Assembly: GCA_001179505.1 (NCBI GenBank)
Contig: CDMY01000400.1
Location: 1-64,000, forward strand
DNA from: Vitrella brassicaformis CCMP3155
Taxonomy: Eukaryota; Protista; Chromerida
DNA: 64,000 nt
Reading direction: 5' to 3'
The first letter of the stretch is position 1, and every line of letters starts with the position of its first letter. Of this stretch, positions 35,701-48,800 are shown one piece after another. The notes under the pieces are model-generated. The model made no database searches, was not told the origin of the DNA, and saw nothing but the letters and a program-made list of their open reading frames with translations. The translations under genes were made by a program, and so were the position numbers.

Positions 35701-38700
35701 TCTGACCATCTTTGTGTATGGCGTGTGGTGTCTTGTGTTGTGATGTGCAGAAGTTGCAGCCCGAGTGTTTCCTCTTCCTCGACAAACCTGACAAGATAAA
35801 AATCACTGGTACCCATCCACACGCGCACACACGCACATAGAGAGAGGGTCAGGGAGAGGGAGAGATACCCACACACGCAGCCATGTAATTGCCCACCCAT
35901 GTGTGTGTGTGTGCAGCTGAGCACAAAACCAAGCGCCGTGTGGAGAAGGTCCTCATGCGCACCGTCACGCAGCACGGCGAGAACTACCAGGTCATCCAAC
36001 TATCCGTCGCAGAAGGTCCGGCCGTCCACACGAATGCACACATCGACGAACGACGGAAGCATCATGTGTTTGTCTCAATGATAACAGGGGGGTCGACGCA
36101 CTCGCGGCGGTACCTGTTGGTGGAACAGGAGAAACAAGTGCCACAGGAAATCAGAGACGTATGCACCCCACCCCACCCCACCCCACCCCCCACACACGAT
36201 CTACAGCAATCGACTGTGTACCCACACCCACGTCTCTGCATGCATGCAGGCGACCGAGACGCGCAAGTCGGCGGAGCGCCGCGCCGTGTGGGTGGCCTTC
36301 AACCTCGACGACAACGATAAACAAAACGGTCGGTTTGTCAACACATTTGCACACGTGTGTGTGCGTGTGGGGGTGCGTGGGTGCGCAGTTGCGGGCTTCC
36401 TGCCCATCGCCAGGCTGCCGTCCCTCTTCACCTACCTGCCCACGGGTATCCCAAACCCTCCCACCAACCCCCAGCAACCTTCCCACAGCACGTCGATACA
36501 CACGTGTGTGTCGATGCAATGCAGCTCAGGAGAGGACGGGCCTGCCTGCGTTGGTCAACGCCGACTGGCGGCTGGCGAGCAACAGGGAGACGCTAGAGTC
36601 GGGATCAGGCGCATGGAACGCGTACGTGGGGACCTATGCTGGGAGAGAGGGAGGGAGGGACGGAGGTGTGTGGGTGGGTGGGCAGGTGGCTGCGTGACGA
36701 GCTGGTCATTCCCACATACGTCGAGGTACGTCTGTGAGTACCTACCTGCGTCTGATGCACACATACGGACGCTCGTGTGTCTGCTCACATAGGCGTTGGG
36801 TGTGGTGTCATCTTTGGCGGCGTTCGCCCACCTGCTGCCGAGGTTCATCCCGCAGCAGGAGGGCTCCCAGCCCAGCAAACACTTTGCAAAAGTGGCCGAA
36901 AACATCATCACACAAGTCACAGACGGGTGGGTATACCGTTCTACGTCTGCAGACATGCCCTCATACGCATGGGTACAGATCGGCTGGATGTCTGTGTGTG
37001 TACGTATGTGTGTGCCAACAGGTCTGACGGCCCTCTCAAGTTGCTGTGGTGCGGCGATTGGGACCAAGACCAGTCCTTGCGCGTATCTGGTATGTCGTGC
37101 CAGCCAGCCAGCCACCCACCCACACAGAGAGGGAGGAAGACAGAGAGGGAGAGAGGGAAACAGAACAGACCAACAGCACGTAACACAACTACGCATCCAT
37201 GTCAGGCGACAAATCGTTCATTCCCGACGTCAAGAAGACCAAGAGGGCCACCGGCGAAGAGGACATCGTGACGGAGTTCAGACAGATGGAGAAGAAACTG
37301 CTACCCAGTAGCCAAATTCCACGCACCCACACACAGGCGAGTATGTGTCTGTGTGCTTGCATTCGTCAGACGATGGCGATTGCGTCTCTTTCGAGCGTGC
37401 GAACGGCATTGTGTGGGAGAAGTACGCTGACTCGTGCGACGACTGGTACACATGCATGTCTGCACCCATCCGGCCATCCATCCATCCATTCATGTGTGTG
37501 TGAGTGTGTGTGGGTGTGTGCAGGATTGACCGTCTGGGTGAGATCGGAGTTGAGGTGCCGGTCAGTGCTAAGAAGTTCGTCGAGTGGCTCCACACAGACA
37601 CCGCCAAGGAGGTAGGGAGATAGTCACACACACACACACACACACACAGAAATGGATCTCTCTCTCTCTCCCTCGCTCTCTCTGCGTTGTAGGGTTTTCT
37701 GCAAGCAGAAGAGGACGTGTGGGTGCAGATCTATGAGTTCTTCTCACTGCAGGTACCCACACGCCACACACATGCATTGAATGGGCCGACCTCATCACTC
37801 TGTCTGCTGTGTGTGTGCATCAATCGATCGACACCTGACAACACAGGCGTTCAAGAGCCGCAACGCCGACTTCAGGAACAACATCGTGCCCATCTTCCCT
37901 CTCAGAACAGTACAATACCATCGCGACACACCCACACACACGTAATTGTGCGCGTACACATATACAGCTTGACGGCGAGATCAAGACCAAGAGTCAGGGC
38001 GTGCTGTTCAAGGACGGCGTGGCACTCAAACCGCCCGTTGACGTAACCATACACCCACATACCACACACGCTCCACATGGCGTCACGTTGCTTTCTCTCT
38101 CTCTCGCTGTGTGTGTAGGGTGTCGGCTGCAGCGTGTTGGCGAAGGAGTGTCTGCCCACCAAGGAGAAATCTGAAGTGGTATGCACGTGTCTGTGTGTCT
38201 TGTCTGTAGGTAACCCCATGACTGTCTCGTGTGCTGCGTGCCTGTGCACACGTGTGTGGTTTCTGCAGGCGCACAGCTTCACGACCGAAGTGCTGGGCGT
38301 CACCGCATTGTACGCAATACGCGCACGCGCACAAGACATACAAGAGAGCACCAACACACATACACGCGCGTGTGTGGATGTGGTTCACTCAGTGACATCC
38401 GGATGTATCTCCTGGATCTGCGCAGCAAGATCGACCAGGCGCACACCGACCCACTCGCACCAGCACGACGCAAGAAGGCCACGTAACTACACACACACAA
38501 CACACACACAGAGAGAGAGAGAAAGAGAGAGTCCACACACGTGTGCATGGGTGGCCTCGCTGTGTGAAAACGCAGTGACGAGCAGAAGTTGGAGCTCACA
38601 CCCGAACAGCGCGCCAAGGTACGTGTAAGTTTCTGTGTGTGAGTGTGTGGATTCATGCTGTGAATGTGTGCGACGTGCGGAATGCGTGCAGCTGTTCTGG

Positions 38701-41517
38701 TGGCTGGACGATCTGCACAGCAAGATGATGATACAAAACAAACCGGCACTCGGCTCACTCACTGACATCGCGTACGCATCCCCAGCCACCCACTCACACC
38801 TCTCTCTCCCTCTCTCTCTCTCTCTCTGTGTGTCTGTGTGTGTGTGTGCAGGTCGGTCATCCCGGATACGTTGCGTGTCGACGGCAACGGCAACTTCGTC
38901 CCAAAAGCTGTGTGAGCATCCCAGTGCGCATCGCACACCTGTGAGAGTCATGTGTGGATGGATGCATTCATTGCGCAGAGTTGACGGCGAGTTGCGTCCC
39001 GAGGGCGTCATCTTCATGCCAAATCTAGAGGGTACTTTCACCCCCCCACCCACCCGACACACACACAGAGAGAAAGGGAAATGCGTGTGTGTGTGCGTGT
39101 GTGTATTCAGGCAAGTGGCCTCTCCTCTACGGCAAGGATGTCGACGAAACCATGAAGGCCATGGTACATTCACGCATCGCATCGCATTCACCCACACCCG
39201 CCGATGCACACTTTCGTCTGTTCTGTGCGTGTGTGATGATGGTGTGCACTGCAGGCTGCTGCAAGTGGTGGTGGCGGTGGTGGTGGCAAGAAGAAGGGCG
39301 GCGCCTCCTCGAGTGAGAAAGCCGCGTTGGCGTCCCCGATGCTCTGCCTTCACGACGCATTCATCGCCTGCAGGTGGGTGGGTGGGCTTTGTGGATCGGC
39401 TCAGCTCACCCGCATCCACACACACGTGTGCATTTGTGCGTGTGTGTGGGTTGGTGCAGGCCAGATGGCATGACCGTCCATGAGGCCAAGTACTCCGTCC
39501 ATCCATCCATCCATCCGCCCACCACGTCTGTTTGTTCCCCATCCATGCATGCATGCAGGCGTCGTCTGGCCAAGGCGTTTGAGAGCTGTGTGGTGGACCT
39601 GGTCCACTGGGGCACAGGGGCGGGGCAGGCCGCGGCCGTCAGCAAGACCATCGCCGACATCAGTGACCCAAACATGGCCATGGACAAACTTGCCGACCTG
39701 TGAGCGCGCGAATGAGCGCACCAGGAACACTCAATACACACGTGTGTGTGTGTGTGTGTGTGGATCGTTCTGTGCGTGTTGTTTTAGTGCACGTGTGCCG
39801 TTGGCTGAGAGGGCGACTACTGAGGAGGAGAAGATTCGCTACCTCAGAAGCACCGGGGTGTTCGCCGCATGTATGTCCGAAAACATACACACACCACAAC
39901 ACACAATATACAGACATGGGGGCAATTGGGGAGAGATGTGTGTGTGTGTGCGCGCAGGGGAGCATGTGACTGTGAAAACCTCGGTCATCCTGGAGAAGCC
40001 CCTGCTACTCGTACGCAGCCGCCACACCCACACACACCCAAGTGCACACACACGGAAATGCATGTGTGTATGTGTGTGGCTGATACAGACGCCCCGCGCA
40101 CCCCAGTTCCTCGTCGGCAAGTTCCTGGGCAAGGTAGACACCCCAGGGGAGAGAGAGGGCTTCTTGCTGTGTCTTGTGGTGCTGCATGTATGTGAGAGTG
40201 TGTGTGTGTGTGTGTGTACCCCACGCAGCTGGACCGCACCCCCGACAAAGAGAAGAATGACAAAACAAAAGCCACCCTACTGCTCAAGTAAAGCCTCCCC
40301 TCGTCCCCCCTCTCCCTCCCTCACTGCCTGTGTGTATGTGTGCATATTTGTGTGTGAATGAATGCAGTCATCTGTGTGCGTTCTACGGCCCTCTGTCATT
40401 GTCGCGTCTGTCTGTGGCCAACGAGTCCAAGAAGAAGACCGACGCCACCCGGGTGGAGGTCGGCGGACTCATGCTAGGGGAGATTGGGTAGGTATGCGAT
40501 GCGTCTGTTTGTGTGTTAACAGCTCTCTCTCTCTCTCTCTGTGGGCGCGTGTGTCTGTGTGTAGGTTCTTCGCCATCTTTGCGCACTGGCTGCCGGCCAT
40601 CATGCTCGACATCAAAGAGAGCCAACAACAGCAGCAGAAGGCCACGGCAACCGCCCAGCAGCAGCACAACAAGGGCAGGATGGAGGGCGGCAGAGGGGCA
40701 GGGCAGCAGCAGCAGCAGATGGGGGGCCGGCTGAAACGCCCACAACCACCAGCACCACCAGTGGCGGAGAAACCAGCTGCGGCAGCTGCTGCTACTGAAA
40801 AAATCGAAAAGGCCATCTGGTGAGCATTCACGCGCGTGTGCCCGCGTGTGTGTATTGATGCATATGTGTGTGATGTGTGTGTGTGTGTGCTTGTGCATTT
40901 GTGTGTGCGTGTGTGTGCGTGTGTGTGTGTGTGTGTGTGATCAGGGCGCCTCCCGCAGTGGTGTTCGACCGCTCGCTCATCCCTCCCCACCTCACAACCG
41001 ACACCCACGTCACACACATACCCCTCCTCGACGTTGCCGACAATGTAGGCGCGCGCACACACATAGGCGCAGACGGCCTCGTTGTATGCACGAGCGCATT
41101 TCTGTGTGTGGTCAGGAGCTGCAAGGTGACGGTTGTGGGTTCAGCGACGCTGTGGGTCTGACGGCCGGAATTCCCAACGTCACTGTGGAGCATCTCGTGC
41201 ACAAGTACGTGTCTGTGTGTCTTCATGAACTCATGGATGGATGGATGGACGGATGTATTTGGTTCTGTGTGTGGTCCGTCCGTGTGCAGGTTGATAGGTC
41301 TGTCACGGCTGTCGGCACTCCATCTCCCCGAGGATTTGCCGCACCAGATCGTAGCTGCCGTGGTAAGCACACACGCAGCTCCTCCTTCCTCACAAATGGA
41401 CAAACCCATCTGACGTGTGTGTGCAGGCCATGTTGACGTACCGGATGATAGCGCACAAAGCCAAGAAGGACACCGACGGCGTACGCAGAAGCGCACACAC
41501 AGACCTGGGATCTATGG

Positions 41518-41550
<33 letters not shown>

Positions 41551-44500
41551 TTGATATGACATGCAGCCGAGGCTGCGCGAGGCGTTTGAGAAGGACGAGC
41601 TGCTGATCGTCGGCAAAACGTGGAAACGGCGATCGGTGAGAAACCGTATCCCTCCCACCCACACGCGCAGAGACAGAGATGCGTGTGTGATGTATCTGTG
41701 GTTGGCAGCAAGTGATCTTTGACACGGGCGGTGAGCAGCAACAGCGTCGCGGCGGTCCGCAGCAGCACCAGTACGGGCGGTACATGGTCCTCAAGCCACA
41801 CGGCTACGAGGGGGACGACATCAGGTCGCTCATACAGATGCTCGACGTACGCGTCAACACACACACAGGCAGAGAGAGACCATGTGTATGTGTGCGGGAG
41901 TGGCTGTTTGTGTGCATCCTCTCTGTCTCTGTGCACAGATCCCTCTGGAGCCGCCCCTGTCGGTCCACTGTGACTACTACATCGACCTCCAGAACAGGCT
42001 GCTGCAGCGGGGCGCTGGCGCCGCTGGGGGTGCGGTGCCTTCTGCAGGCCACCAGGCCATGCAGGGCACCTTGCATGCCATGAAGGCGTCACTCAGGCAC
42101 ATTGCCGACGAGTTGACCAGATCTGGTACGACAGTCGGACCACCACATGAACAGGGCCGTCCATCTGTCTGTCTGTCTGTCTGCGTGTGGGCATGTGTGT
42201 TTGTGTCAGGCAATCGTGCTGAGTTGCCTGAGTCGTTTATGAGGGAAGCCATGGTGGTCACCGATAGTGGCAAGGTACACATACATAGACACACGCACGG
42301 AGGCAGGACCATTTTACCTGTGCGTGTGTGGGCGGGGGTTTGATGGCTGCAGTTGGCGGCGTGCAGCAGTGCGGTGGTGGTTGACAGCGACTTCTGGCGA
42401 CGGCCTGTGGACGTAACCATACACCACACACATGCCCTTATCTGCATGGTGTGTATGTGTCTTTGTGTGGGTTTGCTGCAGCCGTTGAGCGACCAGCTCT
42501 CGTTGGCCTTCACCGGCTACATGATGCAGGGGCAGCTCAGCGACGGCTTCATGCACCTGTACAAGTAAGCAGCCATACACGACTTGACGCACTCGTGTGC
42601 ACATGATACCTCCAATGCACTTGTGGTTGGTGTGTGTGCAGGAGTTTGGGCGTGCGTCAGCTGTCGCACTATCTGACGTGCTTCCCTGACGGACGGGGCG
42701 AAGAAACGGTACTGCACCACACACACACACACACACACAGAGGCTGTTGTGGTTGTGTGCAGACGGTCCCAGTGCCCCAGCTGCTGAGCGATGCGGTCAA
42801 GAGGGCGTTTGTGCAACTCCTGTGCGAAGACAAGAGCGAACAGGCCGTCATGTAAACACACAATGCACACACACACACATACACAGAGAGAGAGAGAGAG
42901 AGACCCCTGTGGACGCGTGTGTGTGTGTGTGTGTGAAGGTCGTGTTTGTCGTCTCCCCGGACCAACACGGACATGCCCCTGGGAGCATTCCTCTGTGCCA
43001 AGGAGGTCGGTCATCTCACACATATACACAGGCACATACATACGCACATTCATGCGTACCTCTGTGTGCGTTCGTTACAGGCCTATTGCAGCGGCGTGCG
43101 TGCCTCCTGGCGCATCATGGACTGGCAGACAGACACTGCTGACCGAGACACAGACAAGGTCAGTCAGTCGCGCCACCTGTCTTTCCTCACCCACACCCAC
43201 AGCCACACCCACACCCACGTGTGTGGTGCGTGCAGGCCCCGCTGCCCATGTTGTCGACCGACGATCTGCCCGTCCAGGGCGCATTCCGACTTAGAACACG
43301 GCCTTTTCGGTATTGCGGCACGGAGGGGCACACGGACGGCATGAGTGAGTGTGGTGTGTGCAGGCTGCTGTTGTGTGAGGAGTACCTCGCCAGAAGCGGC
43401 AAGAGGTGCGCTGTGCTGTGTGTGTTGGTGTGTGCGTGTATGTCGGCATTAATCTCCCTCTCTCTCTCTCTCTCTCCGTGTGTGCATGGCAGCCCGTCGA
43501 CAGACATGCGTGGCGACATGCAGCTGTTCGATCACCTGGTGCACCAGCTCGCCGCTGAGTTCAGACTCTCGAAGGACGCCAAAGTGAGCACAGGCAGCAC
43601 CAACACACACACACACGCGTGGATGGCCTCATCTGTCTGTGGTGTCTGTATGGTCGTCAGAGCAAGCTGAGGAGCCTGCTGAGCGAGCCCAAGCTGGTCA
43701 CACTCGACGAAGTCTCAACTGCAGTCGACAGCAAAATCAGTACGATACCCACACCCACACCCACCACCTGTCTGTGTATGGGTATGCAGATCAGGTGTTG
43801 CGCGACCCTGAGAAGTGGGTTGAGGACAGCATGGGCCCGGAGGAGCAGCCCGACCACTACCAGCAAGAGCAGCAGCACCTGGGGCTCTTCGGAAGGGACA
43901 TCATCAGACAGGTATACACACACGCCGAATCTCTCTCTCTCTCTCTCTGTGTCTACCTCTCTCACCCTCTCTCTCTCTCCCTGTGTGTGTGTGTGTGTGT
44001 GTGAGTAGGGTTTTGACGAGTCGGCTCGTGCGGACGACATGCTGACCACAGACGCCCTTCACACCAATGAGGGCAGGTGCGCATACCCACGCACACGCAC
44101 ACATACGTGTGGGTGCGCGTGTGTCTGCATGTCTGTCTGCGCGTGTGCTCACCCAGGCACAGAGGGGTCTTCTACAACTCGGGCCGTAGACTTGGGCAGT
44201 CGGCCAGCCTGGGACGGGTACACACACACACACACAGAGGCAATGATGGCAAAAAAAAAACACGAACATCCAGACCTGAGTGTGTGTGCTCAGACCCGCA
44301 TCTTGTCGGGCAATTTGCCTGAGATCTCTGGGGTGCGGCCGTTGTCGCGGACTCAGCTCATGACCAGGGAGAGGGAGAAGCTCAACAAAAAGGGCCCCAA
44401 GGGGCAGGTACACAGGCAGCGACACGTGCGCACACATGGGTCCACTCTGTACGGTGTGGCAGGTGCTGATGAAGCGCCCGAAGTTCTCGGAGAAGGTCAA

Positions 44501-45472
44501 GCGCCAGAGCCCACTTGAGGTATGCATCCGCCCCGCCCCCCCCAACACACACAGCAACATCATCTGTGTGTGTGTGTGTGTGTGTTGTCACCTGTGTGCT
44601 TAGTTCGAAGTGTCGTGGACGGACTGCCCCGGGGCCGACAAGTACATGCTGCAGGTGAGTGAGCGTGACGCACGCACAACACACAGATGGATGGATGGAT
44701 GGACGGATGTCGTCGTGCGCCTCATTCGCACATACATGGGTAGATCTTTGACCGGTCGTCTGCACTAGACCCCACGAAGACACCTGGTGGGGTGGGTGGG
44801 TAACCACACACACAGCACTGTGTGTGTTTGTACACACACACTCTCTCTCTCTCTCTCTCTGTGCGTGTGTGTGGGCTCTGTGTGCAGAGGAGAGGGCCGA
44901 GTACGCCGAGAACCCCATTGACGCCTTCGTGCTCGACAAGGTACACATCCCCACCCCCACAGCACACACATGCACATGCACATGCACACACCGACCGACT
45001 CACCGATGGATCAGGACACGCGCAAGAAGCTCATCACCAAGGGCGAGACCCGCAAGTGCGTGCGTACACACACCACGCACACACACAGACACACACACAG
45101 ACACACAGACGTAGATGGAGTGTGCACGCAGGTTGGAGCACCTGCACCTCTACGAGCTGTTCGTCACCGCACTCTACAAGAAATCCGACGACGAGACAGA
45201 CAAAGACAAGGAGCAGCAGCAGCAGCAGCAGGACGACACGCACGAAGACGGTAGGCACACACCCGTCCATCCATCCATCCATCCAATCACACAGGGGGAG
45301 AGATAGATAGATGTGTGTGTGCGTGCATATGTCAGACAAGTACATTAAGGTCAAGTGCGACAGGGCTGTGAGCTACTCGACCAACCTCTCCACACCAAAG
45401 TGGAAAATGCAGGCCGTCAAACGGCTCATCGACGGAATCGACGTAAACCAGACGTTCTATTCCCCACCTCTC

Positions 45473-45505
<33 letters not shown>

Positions 45506-45857
45506 GTGTTTGGATGGGTGTGTGCGTCGACAGGCGGACGAGTGGGTGGCGTCTCGTCGGGAGGGCATGCAGCCCTTCACGGCCACCATCAAGCTGGCAT
45601 GGGACCGAGTCGAGGGCGCCGAGGGGTTACTGACAACACACACACACACACACAGAGAGAGACAGAGGCGCAAGTGTGCCTGTGTGTGTGTCTGTATGCG
45701 TGTAGTTATGACGTGTACGTCATCCTGTCGTCCCCGTCGTTCCCATTCGGCCGGTCTCCGAAGCGTTTCGAGCTCAAACACGACAAGACCTCCATCACAC
45801 TCGACGAACTCAGGTACACACAGGCGGCTGCTTTCGCTTCCTTTGCTTCGGCGCGGA

Positions 45858-45893
<36 letters not shown>

Positions 45894-48800
45894 TGTGTGT
45901 GTAGGCATGAGGAGGCGCGTCTGGCGTGTCATGTGAAGGTGCGCGAGTACGTGTGTGCGGATGGATGCGATGCATCCATCTGTGTGAAATTTGTGTGTAT
46001 GTGGTGTGTGCAGATCCGTGCGTTCCACAAGAAGCAGGAGTCTTCTGTGTCTTCCATCACGTCATCCGACTGGTGCCTCTCTAGAGTGCACCCACCCACA
46101 CCGATCCATCCCTCTCTGTTTGTGTGTCCCACCCAACCGTCCGTCCGTCGATTCATCAGGTCTGCGCTGATCACTCTGCTGCCCTTTGGCGGCGTCCACA
46201 TGACCACAGTCGACACACTCGAGGAGAGCGACACGCCGCACGACGACGCTGCTGCCGAGGAAATCGAAAAGGTATGTGTACGTTCGTGGACACCTCCATG
46301 AGTGTGTGTGTGGCGGGTGTCCACAGGTGTGGAAGGACGTCAAGAGAACGAGCAAGAAGGTACTTACTGTGGGTGTGCATGTGTGGGTGCGGGTGTGGGT
46401 GTGGGTGCTGATGTGCATGTGTGTATCTGTGTGCAGGGTGGCAGGAAGCGCCGCAACAACAATGACATGGACGAAGACGACGAAAGCACACAATGGGTAT
46501 GTTTTTCTTTGTATGTCATGTGTACACACGCGAGAGGGATACACCTGTGGCCATCGTGCGTCCGTCTGTGCACATGTATGTCCACATCCACCCACAGGCC
46601 AAGGGCGAGCTGCCGATAGAGTTGGCGAAAGGTATACAAATCAATGCAACCAATGCACTTGGCACATCGGCGCTACTGATGTTTGTTTCGTATACGTGCG
46701 TGCAGACTGCGAGTACATCCATCTGGCCGAGAAACGTATCCCCACACCCTCCACCCACACACACGCGCACACGCATCCATGTCTCTGTCTGTGCGTGCAG
46801 CCGACGAGCCGATGGAGCACTCAGCCACAGTGGAGCCGGCACGTGCCCCTACACACACACACACACCGCACCACACACCACACACCCGCACACGTGCATT
46901 TGTGTGCAGGGTTGTCTATCTCCCGGCGTCCACGTGGCCTTCCACCCACACGCATACGAAGACACCGGCGGCATGCTTGCACGTGTCAAACAAGTCTGTA
47001 GGCCACTGTGCACATACACAGAGAGAAAGAAAGAAAGATATACATGGTCGTCTTCGTCTGTGTGTGTGTGTGTGTGTGTATGTGTGCAGGTGGCCGATGA
47101 CGCTACCGCCTTGACGATAGACCGCCTGTACATTTTCCCACGGATGTGCGCCTTCATGCGCACCCACATAGCTGGCAACACACGCGAGGTGACCCATCAC
47201 CCAATCACCCACACAAACAAACGCACAGATGGATGGATGGATGGATGGACGGACGGATGTGTATGCGCGTGTGTGTCTAGGTGTTGTGTCGGAGCATTGC
47301 CGACCGCTCGGTGCTCATTTCCCATGTGTCGCGTGTCGTCAACGTGCAAGAAACCGACCCATGGGGCATCCCTGACACACAAGACGTACGCACGCACACA
47401 CGCTCTTGAACCGATCAACGTGTGTGTGGATGGGTGCACCAGGCGATGGACACCGATGAGGCTGCGGCCGACGAGTACTTCTGCCGATACAAGATTGACC
47501 GCCTCGCCACTCAAACCATGCACAACGGTACCTTACACCAAGACCCATACACGCACACACACACACACACACAAAATGTTCCGTTGCTCATGTGGGCATC
47601 TGTGGACGCGTGTGCAGGTCTGGTGACGTACAGCGTGTCGGTGTCGCCGCTAATCGAGTCGCCGAAGCGGCCGCTGTTCGACTACAACCTCTTCGCACAG
47701 CAGATGGACAAACGGTCGGTAACACCATGCACATGGCCCGGCCATACACCCACACAGAGTGTGTGTGTTGTCTGTGTGGATGTGCATGCGTCAGGTGTCG
47801 CTGGACGGTGGGCGATCTCTTCGCCGGTGGCGGCGCTGCCGCACTGGGCCTCTGGCAGGCCGGCATCCGCACCTCATGGGCCATCGAAAAGGTACGCAAC
47901 CACCCACAAACCCCTCTCTCTCTCCACACACAAAGGAGGGTGTGTGCAGGATTCGGTGGCTCATGCGTTGTTCAAAGCCAACATGAACGAGCGATACGCA
48001 CACACAGGAGGAGATGCGGACCTCTCGCCGGCCCCGCCTGCGTGTGATGTGCACGATCTCGACGTGTACGAGGTGCTCAGGGGCATTATCCATGGCAAAG
48101 GTAACACTTGAATGCACACGCGAAGAGAGAGGGAGGGGTGTGTGTATGCCCTATGTGTGTGTGTGGTGTGTGGATGGATGTGAGCAGCTGGGTGCCCCCT
48201 GCCGTATGCGACTCGCGTGTTGGTGGCCACGAGCACATCGCTCAACATGGGCAACGACGGTACACACACACACACACACACACAACGGACATGGACAGAG
48301 AGAGAGAGACATTGATGCAAGTGAATGTGTGTATGTGTGTGGGTGTGTCTGTGTGCAGCATCGCGTCTGCGCGCGCGTCAGAGTGACGTGGTGCATGCCA
48401 CCCTCGCCGCGGCCAAGATCCTCCAGCCGGAATATGTGGTGCTTGGTACGTTTGTCTGCTGTATACGTGACACATCCATCCATCCATCCATGCATCCATG
48501 CATCCATGCGTCTCTTCCCGTGTGAGTGCAGAGTCCCCCCTGTGTGTGCTGTCGTCTTCCGCCGACACGGCCACACTCATGGCCTTCTACAGCCTCGCCA
48601 GCGGCTTCCTGGACGCAGGATACGCATATAATATCCAGGTGCCCACACCGTGTTTGCACACGTCGGTTTGTCCATCCATGGGTGTGCATTTGTGTGTGCA
48701 TTCAGGCTGTCCGTGCGTGTGACTATGGGGTGCCCAACACCCGCACCCACCTCATGTGTGTCGCCAGACGAGCCGACGTGACTATGACATCAACGCAAGA

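Noticed and set aside
45532-46170. Second BAH domain (DNMT1-like BAH1)
   Set aside because: TIKLAWDRVEGAEGYDVYV...TSITLDEL...VKIRAF...SDWS fits a fibronectin type III domain better.
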